Positions 1 to 6,883 of a stretch of 25,807 nt of DNA are shown here, piece after piece. Under the pieces are notes generated by a model. The model ran no database searches. It saw nothing but the letters and a program-made list of their open reading frames with translations, and had not been told where the DNA came from. A program made the position numbers and the translations under genes. Origin of the DNA: Candidatus Polarisedimenticolia bacterium (GTDB lineage: Bacteria; Acidobacteriota; Polarisedimenticolia; Gp22-AA2); the NCBI GenBank assembly GCA_035260145.1, contig DATFVU010000082.1, forward strand, positions 1 through 25,807. The letters are read 5' to 3'. Each line of letters opens with the position of its first letter. Within the stretch, counting starts at the first letter, position 1.

Positions 1-2
1 GG

Positions 3-602
3 AGAGGTGGCGACCTCGAGCACCTCCAGGAGTCCCGCCTGTCGCAGGCGGTCCATGACGCGCGAGCCGAACCCGGGCCCGCAGCGTCGCCTCAGATCCG
101 ACATCTTGATCAGAGCACCGCGCTCGGAGGCGAACTCCGACACGACCTCGAGGATCCGTCGCGCCATCGGGTCGGAGAGCACGCGCGGCAGCGACGCGCT
201 CGTGAGGCCACCGCGAATCACCTCGAGCGCCGAGCGGCCTGCGTCCTCTATCGACACGACCCGCTCGACGTCGGCCTTCATGCCGGGCAGGGCGGATCGA
301 ATCATCTCGCCCAGGGAGGCCACGTAGTAGTCGGCCGCGAAGCGCGCCAGGGCGAGGACCCCGGCATCCAGGACAGGCTCCGGATCGAGAACGTCCTCGA
401 TCGGCTTGAGCGGGACGGAGGCGTCGCCGGGGTCCTCCGACCGATGCACCTCGAGCAGGTATCCGGTCAGCTTGCGGCGCCCGAACGGCACGAGGACGCG
501 CACCCCCGAGCGGCAGCGGGGGGCCAGCGCGTCGGGGACCGCGTAGGAGAACAGGCGTCGCACCGGCCGCGGGACCGCGACCGACGCGACGAGGAGACTC
601 AT
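3..602 (-). CDS. priA: Primosomal protein N' (PriA), N-terminal part; runs off the left edge of the window
   Basis: Not in the ORF track; translated by hand from ATG at 602, which overlaps the UDG stop as ATGA: MSLLVASVAVPRPVRRLFSYAVPDALAPRCRSGVRVLVPFGRRKLTGYLL...VLALARFAADYYVASLGEMIRSALP. This matches the PriA 3'-DNA-binding N-terminal pattern (VxVP..FxY..G.RV.VPFG.R...G; W/F.A.YY....G......LP) and the conserved gmk-rpoZ-coaBC-priA order. Confidence 0.92.
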   Translation of the reverse strand, partial: MSLLVASVAVPRPVRRLFSYAVPDALAPRCRSGVRVLVPFGRRKLTGYLLEVHRSEDPGDASVPLKPIEDVLDPEPVLDAGVLALARFAADYYVASLGEMIRSALPGMKADVERVVSIEDAGRSALEVIRGGLTSASLPRVLSDPMARRILEVVSEFASERGALIKMSDLRRRCGPGFGSRVMDRLRQAGLLEVLEVATS

Positions 603-1459
603 TCCGCCTTCTTCAGCTCGGCCATGACCTTCTTCATGTCGTCCCAGACCTCCCGCTTGGCGGCCGGATTGCGCAGCAGGTAGGCCGGGTGGAAGGTCGG
701 CATGACGCGGATGCCGTCGATCTCAAGGAACGTTCCCCGGAGCCGCGTGATCGTGTCGCGGGTGCCCAGGACGGTCTGCGTGGCGGGCGTGCCGAGGCAG
801 ACGATCACGCGCGGCCGTATCGCCTTGATCTGCTGGAACAGGAACGGCGAGCATGTCGCGATCTCGTCCGGCAGCGGGGTGCGATTCTCCGGAGGCCGGC
901 ACTTCACGACGTTCGCGATGTAGACCTCATGCCTCTCCATCCCCATCGATTCGATGATCTTCGTCAGGAGCTGCCCCGCCCGCCCCACGAACGGCTCGCC
1001 CTTCCGGTCCTCGTCGGCCCCGGGCCCCTCGCCGATGAACATCAGGCGGGCCTCGGGATTCCCGACGCCGAACACGACTTGGGTGCGCTGGCGGCACAGT
1101 CCGCAGCGGGTGCAGTCGCCGATGTCGTCCCTTATCAGCGCGAGCGCCTCCGCAGGGGGCGCCTCCGGAGCGCGGATCTCCGCGAGCGGCGACGCCGATC
1201 GCTCCCCTCCCCTGCCCCGGCGTCCGGCCATCGGAGAGCGCTGTGGCTCGACCTCTTCGACGCCTCCGAACAGACCCGCCTGTGCGGCGGACCGGCGCTC
1301 CTCGCCCCGCGGAGGAGGTTCTTCTTGAGATCGAGCCTCTCCGACCGCAGGGGGAGGGTCATCCGGCCGCGCGACGATGGGGAGGTCGTCCACTCCCAGG
1401 AGTTGCAGCCATTCGAGCCGCGCCCGCAGCGTCTGGCGATTGTCCCGAGCGGCCTTCAC
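599..1459 (-). CDS. Uracil-DNA glycosylase, family 4 (Fe-S cluster type), with a low-complexity N-terminal extension
   Basis: Motifs CTRCGLC, IGEGPGADED, FVGRAGQLL, NVVKCRPPENRTP, C..FL..QI and TFHPAYLLRNP. GTG start with a GGAGG-containing RBS, overlapping the coaB stop as GTGA. Confidence 0.95.
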   Translation of the reverse strand: MKAARDNRQTLRARLEWLQLLGVDDLPIVARPDDPPPAVGEARSQEEPPPRGEERRSAAQAGLFGGVEEVEPQRSPMAGRRGRGGERSASPLAEIRAPEAPPAEALALIRDDIGDCTRCGLCRQRTQVVFGVGNPEARLMFIGEGPGADEDRKGEPFVGRAGQLLTKIIESMGMERHEVYIANVVKCRPPENRTPLPDEIATCSPFLFQQIKAIRPRVIVCLGTPATQTVLGTRDTITRLRGTFLEIDGIRVMPTFHPAYLLRNPAAKREVWDDMKKVMAELKKAE

Positions 1460-2828
1460 GATCCTCCCTCCCGCGGCGCCGCGGCCCGCCGGCGCCTCCG
1501 TCCCGCGGCGCCGGCGAGAAAGGGTTCCGCCAGATCGAGAATCCTCGCCGCCATCGCCTCCTTGGTCATGATCGGAAGCTCGCTCCTGTTGCCGTCCCGA
1601 TCGATCGTGAGCGCGCGGTTGGTATCGGCCTCGAATCCCTCGCCTTTCCGGCCGATCCGATTCGCCACGATCAGGTCGAGATTCTTCCGGCGCAGCTTGC
1701 CGAGGGCGTTCGCTTCGAGATCGCCGGTCTCCGCCGCGAAGCCGACCAGGACCTGTCCCGGCTTCTTGCGCCGTCCGAGCTCCTCCAGGATGTCGGGCGT
1801 CGGCTGGAGTCGCAGGATGACGGCCCGATCCGGGCCCGGCCGCTTCAGAGCCGCTCGTCGCAGCGACTCTTTCTTGATCTTGCGGGACGACCGCTCCTCC
1901 GGACGGTAGTCCGCCACCGCCGCCGCCTTCAGGACGAGATCCGCGCCCGGTGCCTGGTTCAGAGCGGCGCGGAACATCTCGTCCGCCGTCGTGACGAGCA
2001 CCAGGTTCACTCCGGCCGGCGGTGCGAGGTGGGTCGGGCCGGAGAGCAGCGTGACTTCGGCGCCGCGCGCCAGCGCCTCGGCGGCCAGGGCGTATCCCAT
2101 CCTGCCGGTGGACGGATTGCTCAGGTAACGGGCCGGGTCGAGCGCCTCGCGCGTCGGACCGGCGGTTACGAGGACTCGGCGGCCCTCAAGCGACCGCGAA
2201 GTTTTTTTTTAGCGATCGAGAGGGCCGCGTTCACGATTTCTTCCGGCTCGGCCATCCGGCCGATCCCTTCGTCGCCGCAGGCGAGATCCCCCGTCCCGGG
2301 CTCGATGACGCTCACGCCGCGCGACTTCAGAACGGCGAGATTGGCCTGCGTGGCGGGATGCTCCCACATCCAGACGTTCATCGCGGGCGCCACGGCCACG
2401 GGGGCCGTCACGGCCAGGTAGAACGTGCTCAGGAAATCGTCGGCGATGCCGTGCGCGAGCTTGGCGAGGGTGTCGGCGGTCGCCGGGGCGACCAGGAACA
2501 GGTCCAGCCCCCGCGCCAGGGCGATGTGCTGCACGTCGGCGCCGTGCGACAGATCCCATTGACCGGTGATCACCGATTGGCCGCTGAGCGTCTGGAGAGT
2601 GAGCGGCGTGATGAACCGCCGTCCCCCCGGCGTCATGATGACGTGCACCTCGGCCCCGGCCTTGACGAGGCCGCGCACCACTTCCGCGGCCTTGTAGGCC
2701 GCGATCCCCCCGGTCACGCCCAGCGCGATGCGCGTTTTCGACGCTCCCTGACCGGACGCGGCGCCGTCTTGCCCGCCGGCCGGTGCCTTCCTATCGCGAT
2801 CGTCCGGCCCGTCAGCTTCCCGGCTCAC
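1456..2828 (-). CDS. coaBC: Bifunctional CoaBC (PPC decarboxylase/PPC synthetase), interrupted by a -1 frameshift at an A9 run (2202-2210)
   Basis: The CoaC half (2828-2166) has GVTGGIAAYKA, HIALAR, APATADTLAKLAHGIAD, PAMNVWMW and LACGDEGIGRM. The -1 frame after the A9 reads TSRSLEGRRVLVTAGPTREALDPARYLSNPSTGRMGYALA and continues into ORF 2100-1456 (AAVADY, KIKK, VGFAAET, KNLDLIVAN). The joined product would be about 457 aa from the GTG at 2828. Confidence 0.93.
2202..2210 (-). other. A9 homopolymer at the frame-transition site in coaBC (candidate slippery site)
   Basis: The minus strand reads GCT AAA AAA AAA CTT. The -1 frame is closed by TAA at the 5' edge of the run and the 0 frame stops 12 codons later at 2166-2168, so the transition is confined to this short interval. 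Confidence 0.8.
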
Positions 2829-3084
2829 GCTCGTCCATCCCCGCGCCGTCCGCGGGATAGGTCTCGGTCGTCACCTCGGCGACCTCCTCGACCGCGTACT
2901 CCTCGGGGAAGGGTCCATAGCTGTAAGGAATGGCGCCGGCGAGCACTTCCTGCATGGCGACGGTCACCGGTTTGTGGGCCGTCGTCTCGACGCGCGGCCG
3001 GGCGCCGCGCTGCAATTGCTTGCAGCGCTCCCCCGCCACGGAGATGAACTCGAACTTGTTTCCGATATTCTCGGTCGCGATCAT
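2812..3084 (-). CDS. rpoZ: DNA-directed RNA polymerase subunit omega
   Basis: NKFEFISVAGERCKQLQRGARPRV...HKPVTVAMQEVLAG matches the omega pattern. GGAGG RBS at 3093-3089; lies between gmk and coaBC. Confidence 0.93.
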   Translation of the reverse strand: MIATENIGNKFEFISVAGERCKQLQRGARPRVETTAHKPVTVAMQEVLAGAIPYSYGPFPEEYAVEEVAEVTTETYPADGAGMDEREPGS

Positions 3085-3088
3085 GGAA

Positions 3089-3124
3089 CCTCCGCAAGAG
3101 AGCCGGTCCAGGAGCGGTATTCTA
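3089..3124 (-). promoter_or_regulatory. Candidate -10 box (TAGAAT, 3124-3119) and RBS (GGAGG, 3093-3089) upstream of rpoZ
   Basis: AT-rich hexamer matching TAnnnT in the gmk-rpoZ intergenic region. No convincing -35 box. Confidence 0.4.
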
Positions 3125-3199
3125 GACGAAAAGGTGCTTCGGATCGAGCCGTCGGCCGAACGGGCCCGGGGCGGCCGGTCGCGGCGTCGGATGGACGGA

Positions 3200-3871
3200 C
3201 TAGGAGAGGCCGGCGAAGTCGCGCAGGATCGGGTCCAGGACCGCCCGCCTCAGCGCCGTCCGGCAGCGCGCCGCCAAAGCGATCGCGCGCAGCTGCCGGT
3301 AGGCGGCTTCGAAGTCGTCGTTGATGATCACGTAGTCATAGGCGGGACTCTTCTCGACTTCCCCACCGGCCAGTCCCAGTCTGCGGGCGACCTCCTGGGG
3401 CCCGTCCGTGCCGCGCTTCTGGAGACGTTCCTTCAGCGCCATCCTGCCGGGGGGCAGGATGAAGATCAGGATCGCCTCCGGGATCATCCGGTGGATGTTC
3501 AGGGCGCCCTGCGTGTCGATGTCGAGCAGGATGTCGCGGCCCCGGGCCGCGGCCTCCTGCACCGCCACGGCCGAGGTGCCGTAGAGATGCCCCCCCACCT
3601 CGGCCCACTCGATGAAATCCCCCCGATCGCGGCGGCGCTCGAAATCCGGGCGGTCGATGAAGTGGTAGTCCACTCCCTCCTTCTCGCCGGCGCGCGGGGC
3701 CCGGGTGGTGAACGAGACGGAAAACTCGATGCCCCGGTCCTCCTGGAGGAGTCGCTTGCAAAGCGTCGTCTTGCCCGCGCCCGAGGGCGCGGAGATCACC
3801 AGGACCGATCCGCGCGCCGACCCCGGCGCCCCGGGCGTCCCCGAGCCCGCCGTCATATCGACGTCCCGCAC
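3200..3871 (-). CDS. gmk: Guanylate kinase
   Basis: P-loop SAPSGAGKTT, SVSFTTRAPRAGEKEGVDYHF, EWAEVGGHLYGT, LLDIDTQGA and YDYVIINDD. The start could instead be ATG 3856. Confidence 0.97.
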   Translation of the reverse strand: MRDVDMTAGSGTPGAPGSARGSVLVISAPSGAGKTTLCKRLLQEDRGIEFSVSFTTRAPRAGEKEGVDYHFIDRPDFERRRDRGDFIEWAEVGGHLYGTSAVAVQEAAARGRDILLDIDTQGALNIHRMIPEAILIFILPPGRMALKERLQKRGTDGPQEVARRLGLAGGEVEKSPAYDYVIINDDFEAAYRQLRAIALAARCRTALRRAVLDPILRDFAGLS

Positions 3872-3913
3872 GCAACCCCAGTCAAGAGCTCCTCCCGGAC
3901 GATCGACCCGGCC

Positions 3914-4825
3914 TCACTCCAGGTTCTGCGCCTGCTCGCGAATCTTCTCCACCTCCGCCTTGATGACGAGGGCCTGCTGGCAGATCGGCAGCGCTTCCGC
4001 CTTGGACGAAATCGTGTTCGCCTCGCGGTTCATCTCCTGCATGATGAAATCGAGAGTCTTGCCGATGGGACCGCCCGGTCGGGCGAGCGTCTCCTCCATC
4101 TGCTTCAGGTAGCCCTGAAGCCGGACCAGCTCCTCCGTGATGTCGGCGCGCCCCGCCAGGAGGGCCACCTCCTGGGCCAGGCGACCCTCCTCGACGACCC
4201 GGCCGCCGTCGAGCAGGACCGCGAGCCGCTCCTTGATCCGGCGCGCGTACGACTCGGGAAGGCCGCGCGCCTCCGCCTCGATGCGCGAGGCGGCTTCGCG
4301 AATCGTGCGCAGGCGGTCGTTCAGATCCTCCACCAGGCGACGTCCTTCCGAGGCTCGCATGGTGTCGTAGGCGTCGAGCGCCGCCCGCATGGCCTCGGTC
4401 AGGACCGCCTCCACCACGCCGTCATCCGGCGCGGCGCCGGCCTGAATCGACACCACGCCCGGCAGGCCCAGGACCGTCTCCAGGCCGACGCTGCCCCTGA
4501 GGGCGAACTCCTTCTTGAGGGAGGCGGCACCTTTAAGATATTCGGCGACGAGACTCTCATTGACCACGACGCGTGCGGGGGACGGGAGCGACGAGACGAT
4601 CGCCGTGACGATGTCGATCCGGGCACGCGTTACCCGCGCCTGAATCAGGGCGCGGAGGCGCGGCTCCAGCAGGCCGACTTCGCCGGGGAGTCTCATCTTG
4701 ATATCCAGGAACCTGTGGTTGACCCCCTTCAGCTCGACTCGCGCCGCCACACCGTTGCGCTCCGCCGTCCCCTGCCCGAAGCCGGTCATGCTTTTCACCT
4801 GGACCCCATTCCGCTCGGATGACAT
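3914..4825 (-). CDS. yicC: YicC/YloC family endoribonuclease
   Basis: KSMTGFG...ELKGVNHRFLDI at the N-terminus; RADITEELVRL, GKTLDFIMQEMNREANTISSK and EKIREQAQNLE at the C-terminus. Conserved position upstream of gmk. The true start may be a few codons downstream. Confidence 0.93.
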   Translation of the reverse strand: MSSERNGVQVKSMTGFGQGTAERNGVAARVELKGVNHRFLDIKMRLPGEVGLLEPRLRALIQARVTRARIDIVTAIVSSLPSPARVVVNESLVAEYLKGAASLKKEFALRGSVGLETVLGLPGVVSIQAGAAPDDGVVEAVLTEAMRAALDAYDTMRASEGRRLVEDLNDRLRTIREAASRIEAEARGLPESYARRIKERLAVLLDGGRVVEEGRLAQEVALLAGRADITEELVRLQGYLKQMEETLARPGGPIGKTLDFIMQEMNREANTISSKAEALPICQQALVIKAEVEKIREQAQNLE

Positions 4826-4849
4826 CCGGTTCCGGCCCGCCTTCCCGCG

Positions 4850-6109
4850 TCAGGCGACGCGCGTGCGTTCGCGCGCGCCGATCATATCCCAGGCGCTGCG
4901 GGCGACCCTGTCGATAGCCCCCGGCGCGCCCAGTCTCGAGCGCACCCCCGAGAGATCGCGCCGCATCGTCGCGGCGACCGTCGGATCGGTCAGGATGCGT
5001 CGGAGCTCATGGGAGATCCTCTGCGGGGTGCACTCCCCCTGCACCAATTCCGGAACGATGCGCGATCCGGCGATCAGGTTCGGCATCCCCACGTGCGGCA
5101 CGTCCGAGATCAGACGGGCCAGCGCGAACGTCAGCGGGTTCATCCGATAGACGATGACCATCGGAACCTCCAGGAGCGCGGTCTCCAGCGTCGCCGTCCC
5201 CGAGGCGACCACGGCCGCGTCGCACGCCGCCACGGCGTCGTACCGGTCCTCGCCCAGAAGGACGCATCCGAGATCGGCTTTGCGATCGCCCGAGGCCTGC
5301 GCTTCCCGACGCTCTTCGCGCACGATGCCCTCGACCGCGTCCCTGGCCAGGGTCGGGGCGATCGGGATCAGGAACTGCAGATCGCGGAACTCCTCGCGCA
5401 GCCGCCGCGCCGCGGCCAGCATGATCGCCAGATGGGCGCGCAGCTCGTTCATCCGGCTGCCGGGCAGAAGGGCCACGGTCGGCCGGAGAGGATCGAGTCC
5501 GGCGGGCCTGAGCGTCTGCTCCCGGGTGCGGGTGGTCCGGACGAGGTCCAGGAGCGGGTGCCCCACGAATTCCACCGAAACGCCGGCCTTCCTGTACAAC
5601 TCCTCTTCGAACGGCAGGATGACGAGCATGCGGCGGACGACGGTCGCGATTCGCCGCACGCGCCCCTTGCGCCAGGCCCAGACCTGCGGGCTGACGAAAT
5701 AGAGGACCGGGACGCCTGCCCGCCGGGCCCTCTGCGCGAGCCGAATGTTGAAATCGGGGTAATCGATCAGCAGCGCCAGGTCGGGCCGCTCCTCCGAATC
5801 GATGAGCCCGCGGGCCTCGCGGTAGGCGTTCCAGATGGCGCGGGCGCTCCCGAGAACCTCGAGGAAACCGGTCACGCCGATGAGCCCCGCGTCGCCCAGC
5901 GGTCGAAGTCCTGCGGCGCGCATGGAGGGCCCGCCGATCCCGATGAACTGGACGCGACCGTCCCAGGCCTCGTTCTCGCCGCCGCCGGTGGCGTTCCTCG
6001 CCGCCTGGCGTTCCGCCTTCCCCTGCATCGCCCGCATGACCAGGCTGCCGTAGAGATCGCCGGAGGCCTCGCCCGCGACGATCAGCACGCGGGCGCATCG
6101 ACCGGTCAC
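4850..6109 (-). CDS. lpxB: Lipid-A-disaccharide synthase
   Basis: IVAGEASGDLYG, LIDYPDFNIRLA, YFVSPQVWAWRKGR, ILPFEEELY, FVGHPLLD, LLPGSR, ASGTATLE, GMPNLIAG and VPELVQ. GTG start with a GGAG RBS. Confidence 0.96.
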   Translation of the reverse strand: MTGRCARVLIVAGEASGDLYGSLVMRAMQGKAERQAARNATGGGENEAWDGRVQFIGIGGPSMRAAGLRPLGDAGLIGVTGFLEVLGSARAIWNAYREARGLIDSEERPDLALLIDYPDFNIRLAQRARRAGVPVLYFVSPQVWAWRKGRVRRIATVVRRMLVILPFEEELYRKAGVSVEFVGHPLLDLVRTTRTREQTLRPAGLDPLRPTVALLPGSRMNELRAHLAIMLAAARRLREEFRDLQFLIPIAPTLARDAVEGIVREERREAQASGDRKADLGCVLLGEDRYDAVAACDAAVVASGTATLETALLEVPMVIVYRMNPLTFALARLISDVPHVGMPNLIAGSRIVPELVQGECTPQRISHELRRILTDPTVAATMRRDLSGVRSRLGAPGAIDRVARSAWDMIGARERTRVA

Positions 6110-6812
6110 GGCGCGCTCCGGGGCGGTACCCCGGCGACGGCCGCATGACCATGGCCGTGTGACCGGGCCTCCGCCTCCTCGGTGAGGCGATCGAGGGCCT
6201 GCTGCAGGGCCTGGCGCTTCACCTCCATGCCCTGGCGGCCGGCGTCCGCCGGCACTTCGATCGGCTCACCGTAGGCGATGACCGCGCGCGCCAGCGGGAA
6301 CGGGATCTGGAACGCGTCCCAGGACCGAAGGTTTTTTTTTTAGAGGCCGCGAAGGCGACGGGCACGATGGGCGCGCGTCCCAGGCGGGCGGCTTCGATCA
6401 CTCCCATCTGCACCCGATGACGGGGACCGCGCGGCCCATCGGTGGCGAACGCGATGTCCCGGCCGCCCCGCACGTGGCGGATCATCTCCTTCAATCCCGC
6501 CACGCCTCCCCGTCCCGTCGAGCCCCGTACCATCTGATGCCCGAACTTCTCCAGCGTGCGCGAGACGTATTCCCCGTCCCGGTGAAGGCTGCTCAGGACG
6601 ACCAGCTTGCGGCCGTAGGCCTGCCCCAGATAGGAATAGGTCATCATCAAGAGTTGGTCGTGATAGAAGGCGTGCACGTAGGGTCGCTTCGCCTCATGCA
6701 GATCGAGGACGACGCGATCGCGGACGACGGTCCAGCGGAGCGTCCGGTGAAGGAAGCGCACCAGAGTGCTCGCCAGGATTGGTCCCAGCCAGAGTGAGAG
6801 TCGACCGCCCAG
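6106..6812 (-). CDS. DUF374 / LpxJ-like lipid acyltransferase, interrupted by a -1 frameshift at an A10 run (6332-6341)
   Basis: The 0 frame has YHDQLL, SLHRDGEY, VRGSTGRGG and TDGPRGPRH. After the A10 the -1 frame reads NLRSWDAFQIPFPLARAVIAYGEPIEVP...LQQALDRLTEEAE, the usual DUF374 C-terminus, and ends at TGA 6108-6106 overlapping the lpxB GTG. The start is proposed at CTG 6812 (the ORF track gives GTG 6761). The joined product would be about 235 aa. Confidence 0.85.
6332..6341 (-). other. A10 homopolymer at the frame-transition site in the DUF374 gene (candidate slippery site)
   Basis: The minus strand reads TCT AAA AAA AAA ACC. The -1 frame is closed by TAA at the 5' edge of the run, and the conserved SWD..IP.P motif begins a few codons later in the -1 frame. 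Confidence 0.8.
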
Positions 6813-6817
6813 CGCTC

Positions 6818-6868
6818 CCTCCTTCGCCGCTCGTCATCGCGCCGGCGCCCCGGCCGGGCATTATATCA
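6818..6868 (-). promoter_or_regulatory. Extended -10 promoter (TG-A-TATAAT, 6868-6860) and RBS (AAGGAGG, 6824-6818) for the DUF374-lpxB-yicC-gmk run
   Basis: Consensus TATAAT with a TGn extension in a GC-rich intergenic region, plus a full-length SD 5 nt before CTG 6812. Confidence 0.65.
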
Positions 6869-6883
6869 ACCGGACAGAGCGCC

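Noticed and set aside
1456-2100. Stand-alone coaB starting at ATG 2100
   Set aside because: It lacks the conserved VLVTAGPTRE..DP.RY.SN.STG segment, which lies immediately upstream in the same frame back to the A9 run, and has no evident RBS.
3125-3199. GC-rich palindromic stretch between gmk and rpoZ as a terminator or small RNA
   Set aside because: Short hairpins are present but none is directly followed by a U-tract, there is no recognisable RNA family, and such pairing is expected at this GC content.
3872-3913. RemA/DUF370 gene often found between yicC/yloC and gmk
   Set aside because: Only 42 bp are available, so no such gene is present here.
2930-4822. Long plus-strand ORFs antisense to real genes (also 689-1909, 1243-2421, 5009-6148, 10397-12190, 13253-15034, 15270-17021, 22500-23858, 23272-24801)
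   Set aside because: They mirror well-supported minus-strand genes, have no recognisable motifs, and are expected shadows of high-GC codon bias, which leaves few stops on the opposite strand.
5007-6152. Same-strand alternative-frame ORFs over lpxB, wza (12499-13383) and others
   Set aside because: Arg/Gly/Pro-rich translations with no motifs, fully overlapping confident genes.
6219-6331. 0-frame C-terminal tail of the DUF374 ORF (TFGPGTRSRSRSRW...)
   Set aside because: It is Arg/Ser-rich off-frame sequence; the family-typical C-terminus is in the -1 frame.
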